The position numbers and the translations under genes are program-made. Positions 9,085 through 19,263 of a stretch of DNA of 64,000 nucleotides are shown in pieces (within the stretch, counting starts at the first letter, position 1; each line of letters starts with the position of its first letter). The DNA is taken from assembly GCA_011620555.1 (NCBI GenBank), contig WOYY01000070.1, positions 12,163 through 76,162 of the forward strand, in the 5' to 3' direction. This stretch comes from Anaerolineaceae bacterium. GTDB lineage: Bacteria; Chloroflexota; Anaerolineae; Anaerolineales; Anaerolineaceae. The notes under the pieces were generated by a model. The model made no database searches. It was not told where the DNA came from and worked only from the letters and a program-made list of their open reading frames with translations.

Positions 9085-10086
9085 ATGACCAACTGGCAAA
9101 TCCACGGACACGACTGGGCAGTAAGGCTCCTCCGCGCGCACGCGGCGGGCGACAAGCTGCGCCAGGCTTACCTGCTGGTCGGCCCGCAGGGCGTGGGCCG
9201 ACGCAGCCTGGCGCTGCGCTTTGCCCAGGCGCTCAACTGCACCGCAACCGACACCCCCGGCGAGCCCTGCGGCGAGTGCCGCGAATGCCGCCAGTTCTGG
9301 GCGATGACGCACCCGGACCTGAGCCTGCTGACGCCCGAGGAAGGGCACAAGGACATCCGCATCGACCAGGTGCGCGCCCTCCAGCACACCCTGGCGCTCT
9401 CGCCCTACGCCGCCAAATATCGGATCGCCCTGCTGCCGGATTTCCAACAGGCCACCGAAGAAGCCGCCAACGCCCTGCTCAAAACGCTGGAAGAGCCGCC
9501 CGATAAGGTCGTCCTGCTGCTCACGGCCGACGCGCTGGAAAGCCTGCTGCCCACGATCGTCTCTCGCTGCGAGGTGATCCGCCTGCGCCCGGCTTCCATC
9601 GCCAGCGCAGAAAGCTACCTGCAAGCCGAAAAGTCGCTTCCCCCCGAACAAGCGCTTCTGCTGGCGCATCTCTCCGGCGGGCGGATCGGCGCGGCCATTC
9701 ACCTGGCCGAGTCGCCCGAGAGCCTCGCCCAGCGGCAGGAGACCCTCGAGACCCTGCTCGAGATGCTGAGTGCCACGCGGGTGGACCGCTTCGGCCTGGC
9801 CGAGTCGCTCTCCCGCCCTTACGACAAAGCGCGTGAAAAAGCCGGCGAGGCGATTCCCACCTGGCTGTCCTTCTGGCGGGATGTGTTCGTAATTGCCTCC
9901 GGCGCGGGCCTGCCGCTGGTCAACGTGGATTTCAGCGCAGAGATTGCGCAGGTCGCCGCCGCGCTGGACCTGACGGCCGCGCGGGCGTTGGTGCTGGCGC
10001 ACGAAGAGGCGCTAGCCCAGGTGGATGCTAATGCCAATGTCCGTTTGGTGCTGGAAGATCTGATGCTGCGCTGGCCGAAGTTGTAG
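9085..10086 (+). CDS. holB: DNA polymerase III subunit delta'
   Basis: GPQGVGRR P-loop remnant, PCGECREC zinc motif, AANALLKTLEEPP, LLPTIVSRC. Confidence 0.95.
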   Translation: MTNWQIHGHDWAVRLLRAHAAGDKLRQAYLLVGPQGVGRRSLALRFAQALNCTATDTPGEPCGECRECRQFWAMTHPDLSLLTPEEGHKDIRIDQVRALQHTLALSPYAAKYRIALLPDFQQATEEAANALLKTLEEPPDKVVLLLTADALESLLPTIVSRCEVIRLRPASIASAESYLQAEKSLPPEQALLLAHLSGGRIGAAIHLAESPESLAQRQETLETLLEMLSATRVDRFGLAESLSRPYDKAREKAGEAIPTWLSFWRDVFVIASGAGLPLVNVDFSAEIAQVAAALDLTAARALVLAHEEALAQVDANANVRLVLEDLMLRWPKL

Positions 10087-10120
10087 TTAAGGGGGGCTTA
10101 AAGCCGGAGCGGGATCTGTT

Positions 10121-10142
10121 CCTTCGGCTGCGGCGCAATGAC
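10121..10142. repeat. Dispersed 22-bp repeat, copy 1 (REP-like)
   Basis: ccttcggctgcggcgcaatgac, 18/22 identical to 38774-38795. Confidence 0.5.
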
Positions 10143-10158
10143 AAAAAAAATAAAATGA

Positions 10159-10194
10159 CCCCATCCCTGGCCCTTCCCCTCAAGAGGGGGAAGG
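10159..10194. repeat. REP-like palindrome / bidirectional terminator between convergent genes
   Basis: ccccatccctggcccttcccctcaagagggggaagg; ccttcccctc/gagggggaagg stem. Confidence 0.5.
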
Positions 10195-10266
10195 AAAACT
10201 GCGAAGCAGGAGGGAAAGGGTTTTATTTAAAGGTCACGTAGTGCTGTGCCATGCACTGCCTCCATC

Positions 10267-11079
10267 CTACTCATCCCCCACGCGATAGATCTGCAAATCC
10301 GAGAAGCGGACGGTCAGCGTCGTGCCGCTGATGGTGCGGGCGAAGACGCCCAGCTCGCCGGTACGGTTGTGGGCGATGCTCTCTTCAAACTGGAAAGTAT
10401 CGTTGATATAAAGCTGGAACTGCCCGTTGCGGACCCACAGGCCGAAGCGGTTGGAGGCCGGCGCGTTGGGCCGGATTCGGCTGGCGACTTCCCAATTGTG
10501 GATCACAATGGACGAACCGCTTTGAACCAGTTCCAGGCGGTAACTGCCATCGCAGCTCAGCAGCAAGCGGTAGTAATCCCCTTCGGACTGCCGCCAGAAG
10601 ACCACCCCATACTGATCGTCCCCCTGGCAGAGGCTGGTCTCCACGGTGAATTCCAGGTAAAAATTGTCGGCAAGCGTGTATGGGCTGAGGCTGAAGAGAT
10701 AGGCGCCGTTCTGGGCCGCGGCCAGGGTTAGGTTATCATTGCCATAGGCCACGTTGCCCGCCGCGCTGTGCGGCGCGGTCCAGAGCGCCGGATCGCTGAA
10801 ATCATCCGCCACCAGCAATTCCGTCACGCCCTCCCGGACGTCCGCCAGGGTGGGCAGCGGGGTCGGCGCATCCGTTGGCAGCAGGGTCGGCGTGGGCGTC
10901 GCCGGGAACCAGTCAATGGTCGGCGTGGGCGTCAGGGTTTGGGTGGGGGTTGCGGTCGGCGGGAGCGGCCCGGCCGGCAGCAGGATATCACACCCCGCCA
11001 GAAAAAGCAGGGCGCTCAGCACGGCCAGGAGGATACCCAGCCGGAAATGGCGTGAATAGGGTGGTTGCTTATCCATCAT
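10267..11079 (-). CDS. Lipoprotein with P/T-rich linker and a C-terminal beta-sandwich (LamG/DUF1080-like)
   Basis: LLFLAGC lipobox, PTATPTQTLTPTP linker, DDFSDP...FQLYINDTF...GELGVF. Confidence 0.7.
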   Translation of the reverse strand: MMDKQPPYSRHFRLGILLAVLSALLFLAGCDILLPAGPLPPTATPTQTLTPTPTIDWFPATPTPTLLPTDAPTPLPTLADVREGVTELLVADDFSDPALWTAPHSAAGNVAYGNDNLTLAAAQNGAYLFSLSPYTLADNFYLEFTVETSLCQGDDQYGVVFWRQSEGDYYRLLLSCDGSYRLELVQSGSSIVIHNWEVASRIRPNAPASNRFGLWVRNGQFQLYINDTFQFEESIAHNRTGELGVFARTISGTTLTVRFSDLQIYRVGDE

Positions 11080-11182
11080 GCGGGCATAATTATATAATTA
11101 AAGCGGGAATCGTCCAAATCTTCCTAAACTGGCGAACTTTTTGAGAGATGTTATAATCCAAGCTTAGAAAGAAAAGGCGCTT

Positions 11183-12004
11183 ATGACAAAACAACCTATG
11201 CTTTTGACACTTTCATTGTCCCTGCTGGTGCTGGTCGGCCTGCTGTTCTTTGCAGCCCCGCAGATGGTAAATGCCGGTCCCCTGAACCAGGCTGCCTATG
11301 CCACCCCCACCCCGAATGCCGAGGGCGAGATCATCTACACCGTCCAGGAAGGCAATAGCTGCACGAGCATCTTCCTGCTGACCAACGTCTCCATTGAACA
11401 GATCATCGCACTGAACGGGTTGGATGAGAATTGCACCATCCTCCCCGACCAACAGCTGATCCTCGCCACCGTTGCGCCTGCAACGGCCACCCCGGAAGGC
11501 CCCACCCCGACCCCCACCATGAGTCCGCCGACGCCCACGCCCTTCAACGGCAACGCCACGGTCTGCGTGGTGCTCTACGAAGATCTGGATGGCAACCAGA
11601 AACGCTCCGATACGGAATTCTATCTGGCCGGCGGGGTTGCCAACATGAATAACCGCGAGGGGACCTTTTCGCAGTCGCTGGATACCCTCGGGGGCGATCC
11701 TGCCCTTTATGTCGTGGAAGACCTGCCCTGTTTCCAGAACGTGCCAGAGGGGGAGTATAACCTGAGCATGGGCATCCCGAACGGCTATAACGCTACAACG
11801 ACCCTCAACTATCCCCTGAGCGTCACCGCGGGCGATACGGTCATCGTCGATTTCGGCGCCCAGCCGAGTTCAGCCGCGGTCACCAATGAGGACCCCGCCC
11901 CCAGCACAGATCGGTCACCGCTCCTGCTGGCGATCGGCTTCCTGCTGCTGGCAGGCGGTGCGGCTCTGGCGTTCTTCTTCGTCCGCTCCCGTCAGAACGG
12001 CTGA
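11183..12004 (+). CDS. Surface protein with LysM, Ig-like (SdrD B-like) domain and C-terminal TM anchor
   Basis: Signal peptide, YTVQEGNSC...IIALNGL LysM, LYEDLDGNQKR, C-terminal TM helix plus RSR. Confidence 0.75.
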   Translation: MTKQPMLLTLSLSLLVLVGLLFFAAPQMVNAGPLNQAAYATPTPNAEGEIIYTVQEGNSCTSIFLLTNVSIEQIIALNGLDENCTILPDQQLILATVAPATATPEGPTPTPTMSPPTPTPFNGNATVCVVLYEDLDGNQKRSDTEFYLAGGVANMNNREGTFSQSLDTLGGDPALYVVEDLPCFQNVPEGEYNLSMGIPNGYNATTTLNYPLSVTAGDTVIVDFGAQPSSAAVTNEDPAPSTDRSPLLLAIGFLLLAGGAALAFFFVRSRQNG

Positions 12005-12616
12005 TCAGCGCGAAAATCGCTGCTGCTTCCAAATATCCGCTTCATTGCTATAGCCGTTGGCTTCCCAAAAGCCCAGTTGATCCGCGCTTAAAAATTCGAG
12101 GCCGCGCAGCCACTTGGCGCCCTTCCAGAGGTAGACGTCTTTCAGGTCGTCCCGGCCCGGGATTGCGCCCGTGACGCCGCGCAGGGGGTAGCCGTGTTCC
12201 GGCGTCAGCGGCTGGCCGTCATAGTGGGTGGCCAGCAGGAAATTATCCTGGAGCATCACGTCCAGCGGCAGGTTGGTGGTATAGCCCTGATCGGCATGTT
12301 GGACAACGAACCGGGCGGCTGGTCTGGGTTTGATGAAGCCCTCGTCGATCAACTGCCGGAGAGAGATTCCCTCCCAGAGCATATCCAGCTTGCTCCAGGT
12401 GGTCACGCAGTGCAGGTCGAGGGTGAGTTGCACACGCGGCAGCGCCATCACCTCATCCCAGGTCCAGACCACAGGCTCTTCCACCTCGCCCCAGACTCTG
12501 AAATCCCAGGTGCTGGGATCAAAGGCTGGGACCTTGCCATAGTGCAAGGTGGGGAAGCGCTCCGTCAGGTGCTGGCCAGGGGGCAGCCGATCATTTCGTT
12601 TCATCATGCCTCTCAT
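12005..12616 (-). CDS. Sulfite oxidase-like molybdopterin oxidoreductase
   Basis: LPPGQ start, DLHCVTTWSK, PEHGYPLR, WKGAKWLRGLEF, GFWE..GYS. Confidence 0.88.
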   Translation of the reverse strand: MRGMMKRNDRLPPGQHLTERFPTLHYGKVPAFDPSTWDFRVWGEVEEPVVWTWDEVMALPRVQLTLDLHCVTTWSKLDMLWEGISLRQLIDEGFIKPRPAARFVVQHADQGYTTNLPLDVMLQDNFLLATHYDGQPLTPEHGYPLRGVTGAIPGRDDLKDVYLWKGAKWLRGLEFLSADQLGFWEANGYSNEADIWKQQRFSR

Positions 12617-13299
12617 TCGATTGCAAAGGTTTCGCCGGGTTTGAGCAGGTGCACGCTGGCCTCCGTCTGCGCCTGGACAGCTTCCGCCCAGGCCGCGGCG
12701 TCCTGCGCGATCAGGTCAAAGGTATTGTAATGGATCGGGATCACATGCTGGGGCCTGAGCAGCTCCACCGCCCGCAGCGCGTCCGCCGGCCCCATGGTGT
12801 AATTATCGCCAATCGGCAGCACGGCCAGCGTGATCCCCTCCTCGCCGATCAGGGCCATATCGCCAAAGAGACCCGTGTCGCCCGCCATGTAGATTTTCTC
12901 GCCCGAGCCAGTGGTCAGCAGCAGCCCGGCCGGGTTGCCGCCATAGCTGCCATCCGGCAGGCCTGAGCCGTGCAAAGCCAAAGTGAGCTTGAGGTGGCCA
13001 AAGGGATAAGTATACCCGCCGCCCAGGTGTTGGGCATGGGTTTTCACTCCCTTTTTCGCCAGCCAGCCGCAGATCTCCGCATTGGAGATCACGGTGGCCC
13101 CGGTGCGCTTGGCAATCGCCACCGAATCGCCGATATGGTCGCCGTGCCCGTGGGTCACGAGGATATAATCCGCCGCCACCTTGTCCGCGCTGACCGCGGC
13201 CGCCGGGTTGTGGGAAAGATAGGGGTCCACCAGCAGGTGATAGCCGCTGGTTTCCAGGGCCAGGGCGGCGTGTCCCAGCCAGGTCAGTTCAAAGGACAT
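12613..13299 (-). CDS. Metal-dependent hydrolase (MBL fold, UPF0173-like)
   Basis: TWLGHA, THGHGDH, AGDTGLF, PIGDNYTMG, IPIHYNTF. Confidence 0.92.
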   Translation of the reverse strand: MSFELTWLGHAALALETSGYHLLVDPYLSHNPAAAVSADKVAADYILVTHGHGDHIGDSVAIAKRTGATVISNAEICGWLAKKGVKTHAQHLGGGYTYPFGHLKLTLALHGSGLPDGSYGGNPAGLLLTTGSGEKIYMAGDTGLFGDMALIGEEGITLAVLPIGDNYTMGPADALRAVELLRPQHVIPIHYNTFDLIAQDAAAWAEAVQAQTEASVHLLKPGETFAIE

Positions 13300-13601
13300 C
13301 CGAGCCTCCTTTCAGATTTTAATGAGAGCCATGCCTTCATTATACAGCGCGGGTCAAAGGCGCAACAATCTGGCTGGGAATCCAAAAAACGGGAGGCCCG
13401 TTCGCCTCCCGTTGGGGTCGTCGTTCTCGTTTCTCTACTCACGATAGTCCAGCTGATGTCAAATCCGCCCTGGGTCTCCTGCCCCTCAGCCTTCAGGGCA
13501 CAGCGGCCGTCCAGGCCCGCCCAGCCCACCTTCCGGACGCAGGACGTCAACGCCAGGGACAGGGACAGGATCACTAAAATCAAGGGCGCAGCTTTTTTCA
13601 T
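13284..13601 (-). pseudogene. Short lipoprotein ORF, probably a decayed or internally deleted gene
   Basis: GGGAGG RBS, MKKAAPLILVILSLSLALTSC lipobox; the frame then runs through the hydrolase promoter and RBS before stopping. Confidence 0.4.
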
Positions 13602-13945
13602 CCGAGGGCCTCCCATCCAAGGCTCACTTTATAAGTAACTTGATTATACAAATTCCAACTCCTCAGCAAATCATCCGCTTAACCAGGTCCGGCCTATCCG
13701 CTTGAACAGATCCCGCTGGCCGAATGACCAGGCTGCAAAGGGCAAAATGCCCCTATCAAGTTGCTCAGGGTATGTTAAAATCGGACAAAGTATTTCTATG
13801 CCCCTTGGAAATTTGGTTTGAGCTGCAGTAACTCACCAGACGGCACCATCCACTTTTTCACCTCATTTGGAAATTCATTATTTTTATGGGAATCTCTTTT
13901 TGAGATAAGATTCAGTTTATCATTCTTTGCGTCAAGGAGATCATC

Positions 13946-15181
13946 TTGAAACAACCGCCCAGCCAGTATGCAGGCCTGTCAACCTTCCTAACCCACTACA
14001 CGGAATTTGAGAATGCTGAAAACTCTCATCTGCCCCCCATCTACCAGAATTCGGTGTTCATTTTTGACGACGCTGAGTCCGGGGCGGCCATCGCCGGGGG
14101 TGAAGCGCCCGGCTATTATTACACCCGGCTCAACAACCCCAACCACCAGCAGCTGGCGCAAAAGCTGGCCGCGCTGGAGGCCTGGGACCTGATCAAGCAG
14201 CGCCCGGATACCGACCCCGAGGAACTGGTCGGCGGGCTGGTTTTCGCCTCCGGCATGGGTGCAGTGACGGCGGCGATCCTGGCAACTGTTTCCGCCGGTG
14301 AAACGGTTTTAGCGCAGGCCGCGCTCTATGACGGCACCTATCTTTTCCTCAACAACCTCGCTCCCCGCTATGGCATCAAGGTAGTTTTTGTCTCCGATAA
14401 TACGCCCGTGGGCTGGGCGAAGGCTTTTGAGGAGCACCCCGCCGCCAAGCTGGCCTATATCGAAACACCCGTCAACCCCACCCTGCGCCTGACGGACATT
14501 GAACAGGTCTCCGGGCTGGCCCACGCACATGGCGCGCGGGTGGTCGTGGATAACACCTTCGGCACGCCCTTCTGCCAGCGGCCATTGGCTTTTGGGGCGG
14601 ATATCGTGGTGCATTCCACCACCAAGTACCTCTCCGGGCACGGGCAGGTGGTGGGCGGCGCCGTGCTGACCACGGACCTGGACCTGCTTCACGGCCAGCT
14701 TTACCAGATCTATAAGCTGTTCGGCGGGACGCCCAGCCCGATCGACACCTGGATGGCGAATATCGGCCTGAAGACCTTTGAACTGCGGATGGCGCGCCAA
14801 TGCCAAAACGCCCTGCGGCTGGCGAAAGTGCTCGAGAAACACCCCGCGGTGAACCGGGTGTACTATCCCGGGCTGCCCAGTCACCCCGACTATCCATTGG
14901 CCCTCCGCCAGATGACCGACTTTGGCGGGATGATCGCCTTTGACCTCAAGGGCGGGCTGGAAGCCGGCCAGCACATGATGAATACCGTCCGGGTGGCGAC
15001 CCTGGCCGTCAGCCTGGGCAATGTGGACACCCTGATCCAGCACCCCGCCAGCATGACGCACCGCAACACCCCGCGGGAAAAACGCCTGGCCGCAGGCATC
15101 ACCGACGGCCTGGTGCGCCTCTCAGTTGGGATCGAAGATATCTCCGATCTGATATGGGATCTGCTGGGCGCGATTGAGTAA
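13946..15181 (+). CDS. PLP-dependent methionine gamma-lyase / cystathionine gamma-synthase family enzyme
   Basis: YTRLNNP, FASGMGA, DNTFGTP, HSTTKYLSGH, SLGNVDTLIQHPASMTH; TTG start with AAGGAG RBS. Confidence 0.92.
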   Translation: MKQPPSQYAGLSTFLTHYTEFENAENSHLPPIYQNSVFIFDDAESGAAIAGGEAPGYYYTRLNNPNHQQLAQKLAALEAWDLIKQRPDTDPEELVGGLVFASGMGAVTAAILATVSAGETVLAQAALYDGTYLFLNNLAPRYGIKVVFVSDNTPVGWAKAFEEHPAAKLAYIETPVNPTLRLTDIEQVSGLAHAHGARVVVDNTFGTPFCQRPLAFGADIVVHSTTKYLSGHGQVVGGAVLTTDLDLLHGQLYQIYKLFGGTPSPIDTWMANIGLKTFELRMARQCQNALRLAKVLEKHPAVNRVYYPGLPSHPDYPLALRQMTDFGGMIAFDLKGGLEAGQHMMNTVRVATLAVSLGNVDTLIQHPASMTHRNTPREKRLAAGITDGLVRLSVGIEDISDLIWDLLGAIE

Positions 15182-15347
15182 GGATTGCGCAAATTAATGG
15201 CGCAGCGCACGCGACAGAGAAAAGACAATTCGGCGTTTTGGGCGGTCACAGCTCTTTTCAGAGGCAGGCAGAGCCGCCGCTGCGGTTAATCAGGGGGGTG
15301 CGGAAGGCGTAAAAGTAAAAACAAATGTTCCAACTTTAATCTCTGCA

Positions 15348-15356
15348 TGGTAGAAT
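15348..15356 (+). promoter_or_regulatory. Extended -10 promoter, probably leaderless rarA transcript
   Basis: TGG-TAGAAT, 6 nt before the ATG at 15363, no SD. Confidence 0.6.
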
Positions 15357-15362
15357 CAACGA

Positions 15363-16724
15363 ATGGACCTCTTTGACCATGCTCTGGAAGAACGAATGCG
15401 GCATGAAGCCCCCCTGGCGGACCGGATGCGGCCGCAGACCCTGGACGAGATCGTCGGCCAGGACCATATCATCGGGGAAGGCCGCTTGCTGCGCCGGGCG
15501 ATCCAGGCTGACCGCCTGTTCTCCTCCATCATCCTCTACGGCCCGCCCGGAACAGGCAAGACCACCCTGGCCAGGGTCATCTCCAACCTGACGAAAGCCC
15601 ATTTTGAAAACCTCTCCGCCGTCCTGGCGGGGGTTGCCGATTTGCGCAAAGTGATCGCCGAGGCGACCGACCGTCGGCGGCTTTACCAGCGGCGGACGAT
15701 CCTTTTCATTGATGAGGTGCACCGCTGGAACAAATCTCAGCAGGATGCGCTGCTGCCCCATGTTGAATCAGGTTTGTTGACCCTGATCGGGGCGACCACC
15801 CAAAATCCCTATTTCGATGTGATCAAAGCGCTGGTCTCCCGTTCGCGGATCTTTGAGATGCATTCCCTGACTGAAGAGGATATCCGTGAGATCCTAGACC
15901 GCGCCCTGCGGGACCCCGAGCGCGGCTATGGCAGGCTGACGGTTGAACTGGCGCCGGAAGCGCTGGCCCATCTCTCCCGCATGGCCGGGGGCGACGCGCG
16001 CAACGCCCTCAACGCGCTGGAGCTGGCCGTGGAGACCACGCCGCCGGACAAAGACAGCGTGATCCGGATCGGGCTGGATGTGGCCCAGGAGTCAATCCAG
16101 AAGCGGGCGGTTCTCTATGACAAGACGGACGACGCCCATTACGACACCATCTCGGCGTTCATCAAATCCGTGCGCGGCTCGGACCCGGACGCCGCGGTTT
16201 ACTGGCTGGCGAAGATGCTCCACGCGGGCGAAGATCCGCGCTTCATCCTCCGCCGGCTGATCATCCTGGCCGGGGAGGATATTGGCCTGGCGGACCCACA
16301 GGGCCTGGTGGTGGCGAACGCGGCCGCCCAGGCTTTTGAATATATCGGCTTGCCCGAAGGCATCTTCCCGATCGTGGAGGCCACGCTCTACCTGGCGACC
16401 GCGCCGAAATCGAACTCCGCCTTTGCCTATCACGCGGCGCTGGCCGAGATCGAAGAGAATGGCGTTGGTCCCGTGCCGGTTCACTTGATGGACGCGAGCC
16501 GCGACGCCAAAGGGCTGGGACATGGCGTGGGCTATGATTACCCTCACGAACACGAGGGACATTGGACGCCTCAGCAGTACCTCCCGACCTCTCTGGTGGG
16601 CACCACTTTTTATAAGCCCTCCGACCAGGGCTATGAAGCCCAGGTGCAGGAGCGGGTGCGCCGCTGGCGGGAGGCGCAGAACAAGGTCTTATCAGAACAA
16701 AACCCAACGAAGAAGGACTCTTAA
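15363..16724 (+). CDS. rarA: Replication-associated recombination protein A (MgsA/RarA)
   Basis: PLADRMRP, GPPGTGKTT, FIDEVHR, HYDTISAFIKSVRGSDPDAA. Confidence 0.95.
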   Translation: MDLFDHALEERMRHEAPLADRMRPQTLDEIVGQDHIIGEGRLLRRAIQADRLFSSIILYGPPGTGKTTLARVISNLTKAHFENLSAVLAGVADLRKVIAEATDRRRLYQRRTILFIDEVHRWNKSQQDALLPHVESGLLTLIGATTQNPYFDVIKALVSRSRIFEMHSLTEEDIREILDRALRDPERGYGRLTVELAPEALAHLSRMAGGDARNALNALELAVETTPPDKDSVIRIGLDVAQESIQKRAVLYDKTDDAHYDTISAFIKSVRGSDPDAAVYWLAKMLHAGEDPRFILRRLIILAGEDIGLADPQGLVVANAAAQAFEYIGLPEGIFPIVEATLYLATAPKSNSAFAYHAALAEIEENGVGPVPVHLMDASRDAKGLGHGVGYDYPHEHEGHWTPQQYLPTSLVGTTFYKPSDQGYEAQVQERVRRWREAQNKVLSEQNPTKKDS

Positions 16725-17335
16725 TGGCAACATTTTTATTGGTTCGGCACGGCGAAAATGATATGATCGGCAGGAGACTGGCGGGGCGGATTCCCGATGT
16801 CCACCTGAATGAGAAGGGCCAGGCCCAGGCGCGCCGGGTGGCGGCCGGCTTGGCGGCATTGAAGATCAGGGCGGTCTACGCCAGCCCGCTGGAACGAGCG
16901 CAGGAGACGGCGGAGCCGATTGCGCGGGTGCAGGGCGTGCCGGTTCAGACCCTGCCTGAACTCACCGAGATCGACTTTGGCGAGTGGGAAGGCAAAAGCC
17001 TGGCGCGGCTGAAGAATGGCCGGCAATGGAAGATCGTCCAGGGCAGCCCGGCGACTTTCCGGTTTCCGGGCGGCGAAAGTTTCGCCGAGGCCCAGGCCAG
17101 GGTCGCCGCGGGCCTGCTGAAACTCAGCGAGCAGTATGAGGAAAAAGACCTGGTGGTCTGCGCGGCGCATAGCGACGTTCTCCGCCTGGCTGTGGCGCAT
17201 TTCCTGGAACTCCCCCTGGATCATTTCCAGCGGATCAGGATCAGGCCGGCCTCTGTAACGGTGCTCTACCTGAACGGCGGCAAAGGCTTTTTCGGCCCGA
17301 TCAATTACACCTTCGATTTTTTTTCGGCCTTGTAA
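16724..17335 (+). CDS. Histidine phosphatase family protein
   Basis: LVRHGE, SPLERAQETA, EIDFGEWEG, AHSD. Confidence 0.9.
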   Translation: MATFLLVRHGENDMIGRRLAGRIPDVHLNEKGQAQARRVAAGLAALKIRAVYASPLERAQETAEPIARVQGVPVQTLPELTEIDFGEWEGKSLARLKNGRQWKIVQGSPATFRFPGGESFAEAQARVAAGLLKLSEQYEEKDLVVCAAHSDVLRLAVAHFLELPLDHFQRIRIRPASVTVLYLNGGKGFFGPINYTFDFFSAL

Positions 17336-17393
17336 GGGGTCATTCAAAAAAAAATAGGCTAACCCGTAAAGGTCAGACAAGTAAAGGAGATCC

Positions 17394-18221
17394 ATGAACC
17401 CATACCGTGTGAAACCCGAAACAAAGGTCAGACTGGACGATTTGCCCACCCGCTCCGATGGCGGCATTGAAAAGGCGGATGGCAAAGCTCAGTTGGCGCA
17501 ACTTTCTGTGCAGCTCTCGGACCTTCAGGAGCTGCTCTATGCTGAGCACAAGCAGAAGGTGCTGATCGTTTTGCAGGGCATGGATACCAGCGGCAAGGAC
17601 AGCACCATCCGGCACGTCTTTGGCGAGGTGAACCCCCAGGGGACCAAAGTCTTCAACTTCAAGCAGCCGACGCCCAAAGAGCTGGATCACGATTACCTCT
17701 GGCGGGTGCACCAAAACACCCCCGGCAAAGGCGAGATCGTGATCTTCAACCGCTCGCATTACGAGGACGTCTTGGTGGTGCGGGTGCATGACCTGGTTGC
17801 CAAATCAGTCTGGGAAAAGCGCTATGACCAGATCAATGCCTTTGAGCGTCTGCTGGCCCAGGAAGGGACCACGATCCTGAAATTCTGTCTGCATATCAGC
17901 AAGGAAGAGCAGGCCGAGCGTTTCCTGGCCCGGCTGGACCAGCCAAGCAAACGTTGGAAGTTCAACCCGGGAGATTTGGAAGAGCGCGAATATTGGCAGG
18001 ACTACATGGACGCTTACGAGGATATGGTCAACCGCACCAGCACCGATTGGGCACCCTGGTATGTGATCCCCTCGGATCAAAAATGGTATCGTAATCTGGT
18101 CATCGCAGAGACAATCGTGAAAAAACTGGAAAATCTGGACATGCAGTTTCCCAAGGAAGTGCCCGATATTGAGAAATACCGGGGCATCCTGGAGGAGATG
18201 GTCGCCGAAGAATCCCAATGA
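17394..18221 (+). CDS. ppk2: Polyphosphate kinase 2 family (class III-like)
   Basis: QGMDTSGKD, FNRSHYEDVL, KFCLHISKEEQ, RTST..APWYVIPSDQKWYR. Confidence 0.93.
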   Translation: MNPYRVKPETKVRLDDLPTRSDGGIEKADGKAQLAQLSVQLSDLQELLYAEHKQKVLIVLQGMDTSGKDSTIRHVFGEVNPQGTKVFNFKQPTPKELDHDYLWRVHQNTPGKGEIVIFNRSHYEDVLVVRVHDLVAKSVWEKRYDQINAFERLLAQEGTTILKFCLHISKEEQAERFLARLDQPSKRWKFNPGDLEEREYWQDYMDAYEDMVNRTSTDWAPWYVIPSDQKWYRNLVIAETIVKKLENLDMQFPKEVPDIEKYRGILEEMVAEESQ

Positions 18222-19243
18222 GTTCATCCTCACCGGACCAATATCTTCGGTTTGTCCTCGCCGGCTGTCTGAATGAGGACTATATTCTCCCTATCTCAGA
18301 ATCCCCACAAAACGCAGTTCTGGGGGGAAACCTCCCTTATGCCGCAGTGGGGCTTTCTTTGTGGGGCGGCGCGGCGGGCTTGATTGCCAGGGCCGATAAG
18401 AAATTTCCGGTTTCCGGCCTGGATCGCTTCAAGCAGCTTGGATTTAATTTGCAGGGGATCCGAATCGCGGAAAGGGATCTGGATCTCAGACGTTTCCTCG
18501 CCCATCAGGACGAGAACACGTCCTTTGATGACAACCCCATGCAGCACTATGTGGATCGGGGTCTCCCTTTCCCCCAGCGCTTGCTGGGTTATAAGACCCG
18601 GCCGCTGACCCCGCCGGACCCCACCGCGCAGCAGGGGCAGTCGATCCAGATCTCGGATATCCCCGAGGCCTATCTCGAAGCCAGCGCGGTGCATATCTGC
18701 CCGATTGATTACCTTTCCCATATCATTATGCCCTCAGTCTTCCGCCAGGGCCGGGCCACCACGATCACGCTTTCCCCCGCGCCCAGCTATATGACGCCGA
18801 CCTTTTGGGGAGAGATTCCCGGCCTGCTCTCGGAGATCACCGCGTTCATCGCCTCCGAGCGGGAGGTGAGGTCGCTCTTTCAGGGGCGCAGTTCGGACCT
18901 TTGGGAGATGGCGGCGGCTTTGGGCGGCTTTGGTCCGGAGTTCGTGCTGATCCAGACGGAGCGCTCCGGGTACTTCCTCGCCGACCATGTGAGTAAGAAG
19001 CGTTGGATGATCCCCCAATATCCTTCGCTGGTCGTTGACCCGACGGGCGGCCGCGATGCCTTTGCGGGAGGATTCCTGGCTGGCTACAGCGAAAACTATG
19101 ACCCCCTGGAAGCCGCGCTCAAGGGCGCGATTGCTGCCTCACTGGTGGTGGAAGGCAGCGGCGTCTTTTTTGCTCTGGATGCGATGCCCGGCCTGAAAAG
19201 CGCCAGGCTGAGCGCTTTGCGGCGCCTGGTCCGCCAGATCTGA
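18218..19243 (+). CDS. PfkB family carbohydrate kinase
   Basis: GGNLPYAAVG N-terminal motif and VDPTGGRDAFAGGF C-terminal motif. Confidence 0.8.
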   Translation: MSSSSPDQYLRFVLAGCLNEDYILPISESPQNAVLGGNLPYAAVGLSLWGGAAGLIARADKKFPVSGLDRFKQLGFNLQGIRIAERDLDLRRFLAHQDENTSFDDNPMQHYVDRGLPFPQRLLGYKTRPLTPPDPTAQQGQSIQISDIPEAYLEASAVHICPIDYLSHIIMPSVFRQGRATTITLSPAPSYMTPTFWGEIPGLLSEITAFIASEREVRSLFQGRSSDLWEMAAALGGFGPEFVLIQTERSGYFLADHVSKKRWMIPQYPSLVVDPTGGRDAFAGGFLAGYSENYDPLEAALKGAIAASLVVEGSGVFFALDAMPGLKSARLSALRRLVRQI

Positions 19244-19263
19244 ACTTTCCCGAACAGAAAAAA

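Noticed and set aside
13620-13945. SAM or other riboswitch upstream of the Met/Cys lyase
   Set aside because: No AUC.AGAG...GGCAACC...GUGC SAM-I core visible; only a weak hairpin near the RBS
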